Under the pieces are notes generated by a model, which was given only the letters and a program-made list of their open reading frames with translations, was not told the origin of the DNA and made no database searches. Made by a program: the position numbers and the translations under genes. A stretch of 64,000 nucleotides of DNA. It comes from Octopus vulgaris (Eukaryota). Below are positions 11,835 to 25,625 of the stretch, one piece after another. The DNA is taken from contig OX597819.1 in NCBI GenBank assembly GCA_951406725.2, positions 27,652,001 through 27,716,000 of the forward strand, given 5' to 3'. Positions within the stretch are counted from its first letter, which is position 1, and each line of letters starts with the position of its first letter.

Positions 11835-13130
11835 CTCTCTCTCCCTCTCTCTGTTCTCTTTCTCTTTCTCTCTCTCACTCTCTCATTTCTCGTCATACCC
11901 CCGTTTTCTTCATTCCTCCTCATCCCTCTCCCGCTTCTTCTTGCTTCCTCTCTTTTCCTCTCTCTCTTCCTCCTTCTTCTCTCTGCGCCCCTCCCTTCAT
12001 CCTTTCTGCTCATCATCCCTCCCTCCTTCTTTCTCCTCCTCTCCCTTTTTCTCTCTCCCCATCACTTCTCCCTCATCATATCTCCTCCCTTCTACTTTCA
12101 CTCTCCTCATACCTTCCCCATCCTCAGATCCTCTTACCTTCTACCTCCTTATCCCTCCTCCACATCATTTCTCCCCTCATCATCCCTTCTCCTCTCTCTT
12201 TCTATCTCCTTCACTCTCCTCATCCTTCCTACCTCATCATATTCCCTCCTCTCTCCTTATTCCTTCCCCTCATACCACCTCATTCCTCGTACCTTTTACC
12301 TCCTCAACCCTCCTCCCACCTCATGCCTCCTAATTCTTCTTTATCCTGCCTTCTCCACACCTTACCCATATTTCGCCACTCGATATCCCGTCCCATCCTT
12401 AACCCCCGATCCTCATAATCCTTATCTTTCCCTCCACCTTCCCTCAGACGACAAAGGGGCGACCGAACGAATAATTAACACAAAAAGAAGATTGAAATCA
12501 TACTTCTCTACAGATTAGACTCGTTGAAAATAGGGAGACTTACAGACAGATTCCTGAGATTAGTAAATTCTCTATTAGTCAAACAACAGAGAGAAAGGGA
12601 GAGAGAGAGACAGACAGACAGACAGAATGAGAGGGAGGGAGAGAATGAGAGAGAGAGAGGGGAAGAGAGAGAGAAAGAATGAGAGGGAGAGAGAAAGAAT
12701 GAGAGAGGGAGAGAGAGGGAGAGAATGAGAGAGGGAGAGAGAGAATTAGAGACGGAGAGATGGAGAGAGAGAATGAGAGAGTGATAGAAAATGAGAGAGA
12801 GAGAGAGAGAGAACGAGAGAGAGAATGAGAGAGAGAATGAGAGAGAGAATGAGAGAATGGGAGAGAATGGGAGAGAATGAGAGAGAGAGCGTGTGCGAGA
12901 GAGAGAGAGAGCGTGTGAGAGAGAGAGCGTGTGAGAGAGAGAGAGAGAGAGAGAGAGCATGTGTGTGAGAGAGAGAGGGAGAATCAGAGAGAGCGGGAGA
13001 AAGCACGTATGAGAGAGGGTGACAAACAGACAGACATGGAGACAGAGACACAGAGAAAGAGTGAGAGAAATAGAGACGAACAGAGAATGACAGACAGACA
13101 GACACACATACACACATACGCACCTACATT
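11835..13130. repeat. Polypyrimidine tract (11835-12445) followed by polypurine (GA)-rich tract (12585-13130)
   Basis: Directly visible composition switch around a roughly 140-bp unique spacer. Confidence 0.85.
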
Positions 13131-13483
13131 CACACACTCACACACACACACACACACACAATCACACCGAAAGAGGTATAGAGAAACAGAGAGAGAAGAA
13201 GGAAAGAAAACAAAACGAAACGATAAGATGCAGAGACACGGTTATACAATAAAAATGAAAGAGTGCAAGAAATGAGTAGAGAGAGAGAGAGAGAAAGACA
13301 TACAGACAGACTGGGAGAAAGAGAGAAAGACGGACAGACAGACATAGAAAGGTATTTGGAAATAAGAAACATGAGTAAAGCGAGAAAAAGAAAGATAAGA
13401 TAAAGAAAATGCGAGAGAGAGAGAGAGAGGCGAGATTTAAGAACAGAGATTGCGTGCGCGTGCGCGCGTGTGTGTGTATACAT

Positions 13484-15135
13484 TTATGTATGTACCCACG
13501 TATGTGTGTGTATTTATGCATGTATGTGAGTACCAATGTATGTGTGTGTATGTATGTATGTACCAATGTATGAGTGTTTATGTATGTATGTATGTACCAA
13601 TGTATGTGTGTGTATGTATGTATGTACCAATGCATGTGTGTGTATGTATGTACCAATGTATGTGTGTGTATGTATGTATGTACCAATGTATCTGTGTGTA
13701 TGTATGTATGTACCAATGTATGTGTGCGTATGTATGTATGTACCAATGTATGTGTGCGTATGTATGTATGTACCAATGTATCTGTGTGTATGTATGTATG
13801 TACCAATGTATGTGTGTGTATGTATGTATGTACCAATTTATGTGTGTGTATGTATGTATGTACCGATGTATGTGTGTGTATGTATGTATGTACCAATGTA
13901 TGTGTGTGTATGTATGTATGTACCAATGTATGTGTGTGTATGTATGTATGTACCCACGTATGTGTGTGTATGTATGTATGTACCAATGTATGTGTGTATG
14001 TATGTATGTACCAATGTATGTGTGTGTATGTATGTATGTACCAATGTATGTGTGTGTATGTATGTATGTACCAATGTATGTGTGTGTATGTATGTACCAA
14101 TGTATGTGTATGTATGTATGTATGTACCAATGTATGTGTGTGTATGTATGTATGTACCAATGTATGTGTGTGTATGTATGTATGTACCAATGTATGTGTG
14201 TGTATGTATGTATGTACCAATGTATGTATGTGTATGTATGTATGTATGTACCAATGTATGTGTGTGTATGTATGTATGTACCAATGTATGTGTGTGTATG
14301 TATGTATGTACCAATGTATGTGTGTGTATGTATGTATGTACCAATGTATGTGTGTGTATGTATGTATGTATGTACCAATGTATGTGTGTGTATGTATGTA
14401 TGTACCAATGCATGTGTGTGTATGTATGTACCAATGTATGTGTGTGTATGTATGTATGTATGTACCAATGTATGTATGTGTATGTATGTATGTACCAATG
14501 TATGTGTGTGTATGTATGTATGTATGTATGTACCGATGTATGTGTGCGTATGTATGTATGTACCAATGTATGTGTGTGTATGTATGTATGTATGTATGTA
14601 CCGATGTATGTGTGCGTATGTATGTATGTACAAATGTATGTGTGTGTATGTATGTATGTACCAATGTATGTGTGTGTATGTATGTACCAATGTATGTGTG
14701 TGTATGTATGTACCAATGTATGTGTGTGTATGTATGTACCAATGTATGTGTGTGTATGTATGTATGTACCAATGTATGTGTGTGTATGTATGTATGTACC
14801 AATGTATGTGTGTGAATGTATGTATGTACCAATGTATGTGTGTGAATGTATGTATGTACCAATGTATGTGTGTGTATGTATGTATGTATGTACCAATGTA
14901 TGTGTGTATGTATGTATGTACCAATGTATGTGTGTGTATGTATGTATGTATGTACCAATGTATGTGTGTGTATGTATGTATGTACCAATGTATGTGTGTG
15001 AATGTATGTATGTACCAATGTATGTGTGTGTATGTATGTATGTATGTACCAATGTATGTGTGTGTATGTATGTATGTACCAATGTATGTGTGTGTATGTA
15101 TGTATGTACCAATGTATGTGTGTGTATGTATGTAT
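13484..15135 (+). repeat. Minisatellite, about 30-bp unit GTACCAATGTATGTGTGTGTATGTATGTAT, roughly 55 copies
   Basis: Directly visible. Unit length varies 26-38 bp through gain or loss of TG/TATG. Explains the 400-750 aa pseudo-ORFs. Confidence 0.97.
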
Positions 15136-15534
15136 AGCAAAAGGGTCCAGATAAGGAGAGAGAGAAGGAATTTTAAAGGGAACGAAGGAGAGCAAGAATA
15201 AATGCTGAAAGAGAGGGAGAGGAATGTTTGAAGAAAAAAGGGAGAAAACGAAGACAAAAGTGTTAAGAGGGAGGGGGTAAAACAAAAGAAAAGGGGACAG
15301 AGAAAGATACGGGGATGTTAATGATGAAGAAACTGTGAGAAGAGATATACAGCGAGGGAGAGGAGGAAAGTGTAAGTGAGAGGGAAACATACAGAGAGTG
15401 AAAAACACTGAGAGGAGGAGAGATAGCAATGGTGAACAGAAAATGAGAAGATGGAAACAAAAAAATAGATTTAAGAGAGCCCCCCCCCCCCGCCTATAAA
15501 TGACGACTTAAAATAGTATTAAACGATATATATT

Positions 15535-15708
15535 GACGTTACGTTCTGAGTTCAAATTCCGCCGAGGCCGACTTTGCCTTTCATCATTTCGGGGTCGATA
15601 AATTAAGTACCAGTTACGTACAGGGGTCGAGTAATCGACTTAATCCGTTTGTCTGTCCTTGTTTGTCCCCTCTGTGTTTAGCCCCTTGTGGGTAATAAAG
15701 AAATAGAT
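15535..15708 (+). mobile_element. SINE family B, 5'-truncated
   Basis: B-box, core and tail match 8292-8528. Confidence 0.8.
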
Positions 15709-15752
15709 ATATAAATATATATATATATAAGTTTATCTAAGTTTACATATAT

Positions 15753-15790
<38 letters not shown>

Positions 15791-15792
<2 letters not shown>

Positions 15793-15960
15793 AGGCGCAA
15801 TGGCCCAGTGGTTAGAGCAGCGGACTCGCGGTCGGAGGATCGCGGTTTCGATTCCCAGACCGGGCGTTTGTGTGTGTTTATTGAGCGAAAACACCTAAAG
15901 CTCCACGAGGCTCCGGCAGAGGGTGGTGGCGACCCCCGTTGTAGTCTTTCGCCCCAGCTT

Positions 15961-16004
<44 letters not shown>

Positions 16005-16122
16005 TGTTTCTTGAGTAACGCTGCGATGGACTGGCGCCCCGTCCAGCTGGGGGGAACGCATGCGTCACAGAAACCGGGAAACCGGGCCCATGAGCCTGAC
16101 TAGGCTTGAAAAGGGCGCACAT

Positions 16123-16125
<3 letters not shown>
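15791..16125 (+). mobile_element. tRNA(Arg)-like SINE with a V-domain-like 3' part
   Basis: Head GGCGCAATGGCCCAGTGGTTAGAGCAGCGGACTCGCGG..GGTTTCGATTCCC (TCG at the anticodon position), internal (CT)n, and CTGCGATGGACTGGCGCCCCGTCCAG..GAAACCGGG resembling the V-SINE domain. May correspond to the octopus OR-type SINEs (unverified). Confidence 0.75.
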
Positions 16126-16164
<39 letters not shown>

Positions 16165-16168
<4 letters not shown>

Positions 16169-16345
16169 AGGTTGAAAAGGAACACACGAGTTGGTATATA
16201 TATGGAAAAAAGTCAAGGTAGAAAATGCTAAAATAATTTTATAAAAAACATTTCAGTACCGGTTTCAGTTATTGAGACTTTTTCAAATGTAAGTATGGGA
16301 AACAATTAAATTTTTGGAAAAATTAAAAGAAAAGTTTTTTAAAAG
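16165..16345 (-). mobile_element. Possible Penelope-like terminal fragment with decayed hammerhead (16249-16292)
   Basis: Adjacent to a TA run. Minus strand TTGAAAA-AGT-ctcaata-ACT-GAAAC-CG-GTA. Confidence 0.4.
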
Positions 16346-17320
16346 AATATTTTCATAGTATTCAAATACAAGGGGCATTTTCCTTGTTTCTGCTTGTCTC
16401 TGTCTCTCTTATTTACTCTTGTGGGTTCGTTGTGAATTCTTAGCAGAGAAGAAGAAGAAGGAGAAGAAAAAGAAGAAGAAAAAGAAGAAGAAGAAGAAGA
16501 AAAAGAAGAAGAAGAAGAAGAAGAAGAAGAAGGAGGAGGAGGAGGAGGATGCGGGAGTGCCATGATCGTAGTAGGATGTTAAATGGTCAAGTGCCCTGAA
16601 AGTGATTTGTTGTGGATGGCAGAAGTGATTGAATTCTTAAGCTTCGTGCAATGGTCATACTCGATAACGAGGGGGCAGCCATCATGTATGTATGTATGTA
16701 TGTATGTATGTATGTATGTATGTATGTATGTATGTATGTATGTATGCATGAATGTCTGTATGTATGTAAGTGAGCTGCAGTGTAGTGAATAGCGGAAGCT
16801 TGGTCTGCAATAACTCCGGACGTGTTTGTTTATCAAAAGCTGGACTCACTGGTGTCCCGTCATAGAATTCAGGAAAGCGGCCTTATGACCCAATTCCTCG
16901 GAAGGAACCTTTGATCCTTTCTATATATATATATATACATTGTACGGAGTGCTTCCATCCATCTTATGAGGTATGTGTGTTTCCATAACTTAATAATTAA
17001 CGTTATAAATACTAGCACTATTACGCAAGTTACACACATCACCGTCACTATTTCGGAGTTTTCTCATGCTATAATTAGTTGTAAACGAGCTTTTTCTTGT
17101 TGTTAACAGAATTGACTAACTAATTTGGGTTGTGTGATAATAAATGTTAAAATTAACCAGGTTTCTTTTTTTTCTGTTCACAGAACAAAAAAGAAAATGT
17201 AACGCAACGACAGTGTCTACTTTCCCCCAAAAGCTAAATGTAAGCTTACGAGAAATGCACACTTTTAAGTATACGTCACACTTCTACTTATTCTTTAGCC
17301 CTATAGTGATTCTCGTAAAA

Positions 17321-17520
<200 letters not shown>

Positions 17521-17764
17521 AATAGATAAATATATGCCCAAAAGTCTAAAAGTATTCAATTGTTTTTCCATTCGCTATACATCAAAATGCGTGTTTATGT
17601 GTGTACTCATACATTGTCACATGCACACACGCACACACGCACACACATACAAACAAACATGCGCGCGCGTACTCACCCGCAAACACGCACACACGTAGAC
17701 ATACATACTTATATACATACATACATATACAAACATATATATACATACATATATATACATACAG

Positions 17765-17840
<76 letters not shown>

Positions 17841-19479
17841 GTATATATGGAGACACATACAGACGTATACCACTATGTATGTACACATATTTTTACACGC
17901 ATGTACACATGAATGGTTGCTTGCATGCATTCATGTATACATGCATGTACCGAACTATAAAAATGTTTTTCACTCAAATACGTTGACATGCACGTAGCAG
18001 GAACAAACAGACGACGTTAACAGCATAAAATTTTAAAATAAAATACGATATAAATATATAATGGAAACGAAAACTCATTTTCGGCTGAAAAAGGAGGAAA
18101 AAAATCGATGACGGGTAGATGAAAAGAAGGACAAACAGTATTAAAACCTGAAAGAAGAAAAGTATAGGCATCAAAAATTAACAACAAATGAAAGAATAAT
18201 CGGAAAGAAGAGGAATCTATTTGGAGGATATTTTTGAAAGTTGATAGAAAACATCAACGAACGTAGAATCAACAAAATGGCCTGAAAATTGCGAATGCCT
18301 ATTACTAAAGAAAAGATGAAAGTAAACAAAGAATCCAATAAATAAATGCTAAAAGAAAATTTGACTATTGTTTTTAGGTGTTGATAGGGCCGCACACACA
18401 GCGAAAAGGAACGACATGGCTTATCGTCTGCAACGCTGCTCAGAAAGCAGAAGAGCGATAATTGATTGATAAATGGCAGCCATGCTGGAAAATTGTTCGA
18501 CAAACGAAAATTTCTCATTTCGACATTATTGCTTACATGTAGACAGATATATCCTCTCTGATCTTTGTTTTTCTTTCGTGATTTAGTATATCATTATTGT
18601 TATTGTTATTAGTTTGTTTTTTTTTTTCTCGTGTCTTATTTTCCATCCATTTATATTTATTCGTCTGTTGCTCTTAACTCGCAACAACACACCAGTAACG
18701 TTTTCATAAGCAACCAGTAGACGATATACAATTTTCAATTATATCAGAGCATTCTTTCAACACGCCATTTTGTAATAACTGCTGCGTTCAATCCAGAACA
18801 CTCTAAATAGCAAATAAGGACGTGCAGGTCATTTCTCCCTTCTCTTCTCTCTACTCCCCCTCTCTTCTTTTCCCCCACTCTTCTTTCTCTCCCCCTCTCT
18901 TCTTTCTCCCCCTCTCTCTCTCTCTCTTTCTTTCACTCTCTATCTACCTCTTTCTTCTATCTCTCTCTCTCTCTTTGTTCATTCTTCTTTCTCTCCTCTT
19001 CTATAGTTATTATCTTCACTTACGATGACAACCTTTTTTCTATTGTGTTGTATTGCATTTCGAGCCTTAATGGATTAAAGTTAAGTACCAGGAGAGTATA
19101 GTCGACAACGCGATTTCATTTCCAGGTTCGAGTAATTTTCTTTCCCTTAAATTACTCACAAACTTCGGTAATGAGTAACTCCACTACTTCACAATTTCAT
19201 ACTCAGAGATAATCTGGATTTACGATGCAACGAGACATACCGACTTGCAAAGTGCAGAAGCTTACCGTCTTTCAAATGAGGAAAACTGATTAGATAATAC
19301 ATACATTCCGCGTTTAATTCGTGGGTCCAAGACGAATCGCATGCACCCTAGGTATATTTGATTAGAGCTAATCTGGAGATAAATAACAACAACAATTGGA
19401 TTTATGTTTATGCTTAAGCTACTATAACCCTCTCACAAAACAAAAACAACAGAAATCAGTTATTAAAGAATCTAATGCA

Positions 19480-19650
19480 GTTGCGCAGCCCGTAGTACTT
19501 TCTGAATGGCACGCCTAATGAAAAAAATAACCTTAGATTTATGTAGTAGTGTGGCCCGCCTGATGATGATCCATGTCTCATGCGGCCCGCCTGATAAAAA
19601 GCCATGTCTCGTGCTGCCCGATTCCCGAAAAGTGTTACCTATGTCTGAGC
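19480..19650. mobile_element. Decayed hAT/Charlie-like non-autonomous end
   Basis: Repeated TGCGGCCC-like subterminal motifs and an AAAAGTGTTACCTATGTCTG terminus. Confidence 0.4.
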
Positions 19651-19666
19651 TAGTGAATATTTAAAG

Positions 19667-20019
19667 CAGTGGCCCTCAACCGGGGTTCATATATACCCTG
19701 AGGGTCTATATAAAATTTTCGGGTGTTCATACAACAAAATAGTAAATTAGGGATCCACAATAGTATTTTAAGTGCCCCTGAAAAAATGTTGATTTAGAAT
19801 TATGTATTTGTATGTATTGCAAGAAACAGCCAGGTTTCTTTCTCTTGTGTTTTACATAGTTCAACTCACATGTTTTAATATGTGTAACACAAAATATGAA
19901 TCTTGAAAGAAGTTTTTAAAAAACTAGTTTTTTAAACATCGAATATCTATAGGGGTCCACCAGAATAAAAAAAAAGTAAGCAAAGGGGTCCATAGGTAAA
20001 AAATGGTTGGGAACCCTTC
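19667..20019. mobile_element. hAT (Charlie-like) MITE with 8-bp TSD
   Basis: Degenerate TIRs CAGTGGCCCTCAACC / GGTTGGGAACCCTTC and identical 8-bp flanks ATTTAAAG (19659-19666, 20020-20027). A related left end lies at about 47102-47270. Confidence 0.8.
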
Positions 20020-20620
20020 ATTTAAAGGTAAGATTTTCAGCCTGCCAAATCTGGTTACTAGTCTCAGTACCTAGCTGATAACGTTACTATTATAACATTT
20101 TTCTCAGAGGAATATATCGCAAACAACCAGATCTTACAATCTAATTCCACAAAATCTAAACTATTGTGTCTTTAGCAACAGAGTAATAACTGGTTGTTAA
20201 CAAAAATAACAAAGATCTTTTTTGTTTCCGTTTTGATAGTGTCAAACATTTGTGGTCCGCCGATTGCTTGAATCTGAGTGCAACGAACCAGTTTTGTTTG
20301 CGGTTTTATATTGTAGTGTTTTTGTTTTCTCTCTTTTTGGTGGTAAAGGGACTTATATATATATATGAGTAAATGTATACGTTGCGGGAGGTTTTATTCT
20401 CTAATAAATAAGGATCTCGGCTCTTATGGGAGAACATACATCACATGTGTATCACGGCGTAAAATGCAACAGTCTAATGTAAATATCAATTAATCAATAT
20501 GTGCTATGTGTGTACATATATGTGCGTGCGTGTGTATGCATGCATGTAAGTATATGTATATGTATACTCATGAAAAAAAAATGAAAAATATGTGTATAAC
20601 TGCATATGTATATATATAAA

Positions 20621-20663
<43 letters not shown>

Positions 20664-20762
20664 ATATATATATATATAAACATATATATATATCTGTGTG
20701 TGTGTGCATGTATATATATATATATACATATGTATGTGTATATATATATGTGTGTGTGTACT

Positions 20763-20794
<32 letters not shown>

Positions 20795-20837
20795 TGTAGG
20801 TATGTATGTATGCATGTGCGTGTGTACGACAGAAAGA

Positions 20838-20883
<46 letters not shown>

Positions 20884-20934
20884 TCGTGCATACATCACAC
20901 ATATACAAATACATATACTTCTTAATATACATAT

Positions 20935-20973
<39 letters not shown>

Positions 20974-21992
20974 ATGCGTATATATATATATATATATGTA
21001 TGCATGTATATAATATATATATATGTATGTCTGTATATATAAATGTGTGCGTGTGTGCGCGCTCCCGCGCACTCACGCATATGCCTATATAAGCCTTCTC
21101 CCACCCATAATTTATCATTGGTAAGAGGAAGATAAAGCTCTTCCATCGTTATTTTATCTGTTCTTATCTTCATATTTGACTAACAAAATAGCTCGAATCA
21201 CCTCCGGAGATTTCATTACATTACACAGTGATTTGTCAAAATTAGAACTACACTTTTGTACGCCACTATTTACAATCAAACCGTCTATAGCTTTACATGT
21301 AAGCATACTCCTTTAGTGAATCCAGTTATATTACTGCGGCCATTTTGGATATCACTTTCAACAGATTTAGTCCAGCATATCAACCCCAGTATTTATATTA
21401 GACTGATAGTTATGTTTGCAAAGCCTATTTGCTACACTACAAATATCCTTTGAAATGGCATGGAGATCATTACGTTACGTTTCCTTCTTTTTTCCAGCTT
21501 CTTGGGGAATACATATGATCATAGAAGGTGGAGTAAGGGTCTTTGTCTAGGAACAAAAATCTCAGATAAAAAAATATTTATCTTTATTCTTATTATGTGT
21601 CCACACGTGTGGGCGCATTACTCTTGATAGAAAACCCCAGGTCAGCTTCATAAAGTCACCATATGCTCAAAGGCATTCCATCTATAAACATCCTCTGATG
21701 TTTTTGTTGTTACCGTTGACAGCGGAGGTTATTATGATGGTGTCGTCTTGCATAGCTAGATGGGAATGATGGAGGTTCCCCGATCCAAGCGGAGGCACTT
21801 TTGAATCCGTTGTATAAGCCAGTATTGTTTTGGAGGCAGGTGGCGGCAAACTCAAGGGCTTCCCCCAGGTAGTACACTCACTAGCTACGCCACTGCCTCT
21901 GTATAGACCTTATAGGTCTAAACTATTCCATGACTGGCTTTAACTTATTTTCCAGGTACTGGAACCGATTTATTCGATTATACTTCACTCAC

Positions 21993-22066
21993 CTCAACAT
22001 CATACAAATTTGGTGGTTTTCTATTTAATTTAGAAAATAATTTTATTGGCAAAATCTTTAGGACAT
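21993..22066 (-). CDS. Candidate internal exon (74 nt)
   Basis: actttttcAG acceptor, GAG|GTGAGT donor, open frame (D)VLKILPIKLFSKLNRKPPNLYDVE. Based on splice signals only. Confidence 0.2.
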
Positions 22067-22404
22067 CTGAAAAAGTTTTTGCAGTATTTTTTCCATCTTC
22101 TTTATGTTCTCGGTTCAAATTCCGCCGAGGTCGTCTTTGCGTTTCCTCCGTTCGAGGTTAATAATAAAATAAGTCCCAATTGAGAACTTGGCTGCTGTAA
22201 TCGACCTGACTCTCCCACCAAAAGTTCATACCTTGTGCCAATAGTGGAAAGAATCATTATTAGCAGTACACATGGGTCCATGTACACACGGGTCTTCCAC
22301 AGTCATATGAGCATTATCGATACTCCTTTCTTTCAGCCTGTCCATAGCATTTACTCAGCGTTACCTGACACCTTTGGGTTTTATTGACACCATTACCTCT
22401 CATA

Positions 22405-22476
<72 letters not shown>

Positions 22477-22479
<3 letters not shown>

Positions 22480-22669
22480 CCCTACACACTCAATAATACT
22501 CAATAATACTATAAAAAGAGACAAAATCTGAAAAAATTCAATCTGAAGACTCCACTAGAGTGGACGCAAGCGCTAATATATGATTTATAAAAACATGTGA
22601 CAAATTAATAAATATCTGTAAATATAAAACCATCCAGATTTCTGAGTACGTTATTTCTTCTAATATGTA

Positions 22670-22670
<1 letters not shown>
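22477..22670 (+). mobile_element. Young Penelope-like terminal fragment, copy 1
   Basis: About 195 bp with one mismatch to the reverse complement of 30417-30615. Ends in a TA run. Hammerhead-like CTGAAGA-c-TCCAC-taga-GTGGA-c-GCAA-GCGC-TA. Confidence 0.6.
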
Positions 22671-22730
<60 letters not shown>

Positions 22731-22900
22731 ATCTAATTGCTAAAAGTCTATGTAGTCGGTCGATCTCCTAGTAATAGCAATTTAAATCTCCCTCAAATCA
22801 TGACGTCTCAAAAAAGATCGATAGATATACCGCGTTCTGAAATGTATGTATGTATGTATGTATGTATGTATGTTTGTATGTATGTTTGTATGTATGTATG

Positions 22901-22935
<35 letters not shown>

Positions 22936-23014
22936 ATTAAGGGTAGAAATTGATATTTATCAATTAAGACCAGTGGTCTAGCATATTAAAAAAGAATCCG
23001 AAGATTAAAATATT

Positions 23015-23237
23015 TATATATACCAATTAAGGACTGAACACGAAAAGTGGACAGTCAACATGCTAGATATAGACGTCAAATCGCCATTCACCACAAAAGA
23101 TTATGTTCTCAGATCAAAACTCAACACAAAACAAAGTGTTGAGTTTGATCTGAGAACATAATCTTTTGTGGTGAATGGCGATTTGACGTCTATATCTAGC
23201 ATGTTGACTGTCCACTTTTCGTGTTCAGTCCTTAATT

Positions 23238-23246
<9 letters not shown>
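23015..23246. repeat. Near-perfect fold-back, about 110-bp arms with 8-nt loop
   Basis: 23015-23127 versus 23136-23246 differ by a single-base indel. Confidence 0.95.
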
Positions 23247-23298
<52 letters not shown>

Positions 23299-23489
23299 AT
23301 TAACCTTATATATATATATACATACATACATACATACATACATACTATCGATTGAAATGTATGTATGTATACATATATATATTAATATATATAGAGAGAG
23401 ACAGACAGACAGACAGACAGAGAGAGACAGAGAGAGAGGTTATGAGAGGTAATGCTGTCAATAAAACCCAAAGGTGTCAGGTGTTTATA

Positions 23490-23735
23490 TATATAAACAT
23501 ACAATTGATAAAAGTCTATGTAGTCACTCGATCTCCTAGTAATAGCAATTTAATACTCCCTCAAATCATAGGCTGCCGCCTCAGAAAAGAACGATAGATA
23601 TACCGAGTCCTGTATTCCTCAGAGCATTGTGTTTTGGACTAAAACGGAATAGTCATATGCGGCATACCTTTGATCGTAAATCTGCTTGATCGAAGTTAAG
23701 CCGGGGTGAGAAACAACAACAGCAACAACAAAAAG
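23490..23735 (+). mobile_element. Old dispersed repeat (family D, probable SINE) with (AAC)n tail
   Basis: Motifs CTAG(A/T)AATAGCAGCCAAATCTCCCTCAAATC and ..CTAAACAACAAC recur at about 19350, 22735, 29030, 29550, 40280, 41490, 45420-45630 (minus) and 57140. Confidence 0.55.
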
Positions 23736-24369
23736 AACAACAACGACGACAAAATCACCAAAAACACGACGCTTAAATTCGATCTTGCCTTTCATGTATT
23801 CACGTTGGATGAATTAAGTGCCATAAATAAGGTGGAATCGGTTCAATCAACAAAGTCTCTCTTGTACGAAATATTGACTTTCTGCCATTATCAAAGGAAC
23901 TTTAATTGCAAGGCAGCGTTAATTTATTCGCGTATTGATAGTTATCAATTAAATTGTTGATATTCCGTAATTTTAAATGGAAGAAAATCATAAAGATTTT
24001 TATTCAATCAGCGATATGTAGATTTCCTGAAGTTAGTCTTAAGATCAGCCTCATTAAATTGTTAATAAATGGGGAAAATGGGAATAGAGAAGTAATGTTT
24101 GTACATCGTCCGCAGTGTGCGTGTGCATACATTTATGCGTTTATACATGCATGTATGCACATCATATATACATATATTACATGTATATATATGCATGTAT
24201 GTATGTTGTTGATTCACTTACTAGGAGTTTCCCCGCTGCATATTCAATGGGCCCACCTGTGGGATTGCATCTGAACGTGTATGTGTTTGTGTGCATGTAT
24301 ACGTGTGTTTGTATGTGTATGTCTGTATGTGTTTGAGTATGTTTGTCTGTGTACCTTATTTCTCTCTCC

Positions 24370-24476
<107 letters not shown>

Positions 24477-24805
24477 TGAGGTTATAGGAGATAATGGTGT
24501 CATTGAGACCCAAAGGTGTCAGATAATGCTGAATAAGTGCTATAGACAGACCATAGTTAAGTTCCAGATTCGGTAATATTGCGAATAAAGGGTTCAACGT
24601 TGGCTCTATGTCAGCGTGTGTATATAAGAATTTTTGCGTAATAAAATAAAAGACCAAGGCTGTGTATGCACAGATATACACATACAAACACATACACACT
24701 CATATACATATACCATATATATATATATACATTTGCATACATACATATATATATATACATATATATATGTACATACATACTATATAAATATACATATATA
24801 TACAC

Positions 24806-24845
<40 letters not shown>

Positions 24846-24896
24846 ATATACATATTAAACTATATTCTATACATATTTATATGGATATATGTATGC

Positions 24897-24952
<56 letters not shown>

Positions 24953-25260
24953 AAATACAAACTGGGACAAAACATAAAACATTTAGAAGACGATACAAAA
25001 AACACGGATGGGACATTCGAAGCCTTCAATCTTCAGTCAAGAACCGGATCATCCTCGCAATTTCGGCTGATACGCGCACGCACACACACACATACATATA
25101 CATATTTGCATATTTGTATTAGTTCTTTTGTTTCAAGACGGTTCCTCCGCACGTCCGCGGGTAAAAGAATGAAACAAGTAAAAGATGAAAGATAAAGATA
25201 TACACACACACATACATACATAAATACATATATACATACATACATATTCGGTAAATGACT

Positions 25261-25416
<156 letters not shown>

Positions 25417-25550
25417 TTCTACATGTGGTAAGGTGTTTTTATGTGTGTATGTATGTGCCCGTATTTAAAGAATCTAAAATAAGCAAGTTAATAATATCCA
25501 ATATTCAAACAAACGAACGCAATGTTTTAAGTTCATGTCGATATGCATAC

Positions 25551-25625
25551 CTGCATCGTTAGAATCAGCGGTGAGCTTATATGTTTTCTGTTTCCGGTTT
25601 CTATAGCAACATGCTGTCAAATTCA
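25551..25625 (-). CDS. Candidate internal exon (75 nt, phase 1-1)
   Basis: ccgttcctctccAG acceptor, CAG|GTATG donor, open frame NLTACCYRNRKQKTYKLTADSNDA. Phase-compatible with the 10706 and 22066 candidates. Confidence 0.3.

Noticed and set aside
13484-15135. CRISPR-like regular array
   Set aside because: No unique spacers; it is a plain tandem repeat in eukaryotic DNA.
13162-15429. Very long ORFs (413-755 aa) in several frames
   Set aside because: Products of the stop-free 30-bp minisatellite and adjacent low-complexity DNA (HT/YI/VC repeats).
15791-15865. tRNA gene (also 40085-40156)
   Set aside because: SINE heads: acceptor stem incomplete and the sequence continues into a SINE body.
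18370-18490. Plus-strand acceptor with short ORF and TGATTGAT (Pbx/Hox-like) site
   Set aside because: No donor or homology; short motifs are expected by chance.
21830-21895. MITE terminus TAGCTACGCCACTG
   Set aside because: No partner TIR or TSD found.
24950-25070. Additional hammerhead on the minus strand (CTGAAGA..GAATGTC); similar weak cases near 9345, 27183 and 32471
   Set aside because: GAAA or stems missing; too degenerate to call.
25597-25610. RFX X-box GTTTCTATAGCAAC next to an ETS-like TTCCGG
   Set aside because: Single motif with no promoter context, overlapping an exon candidate; cannot be distinguished from chance.
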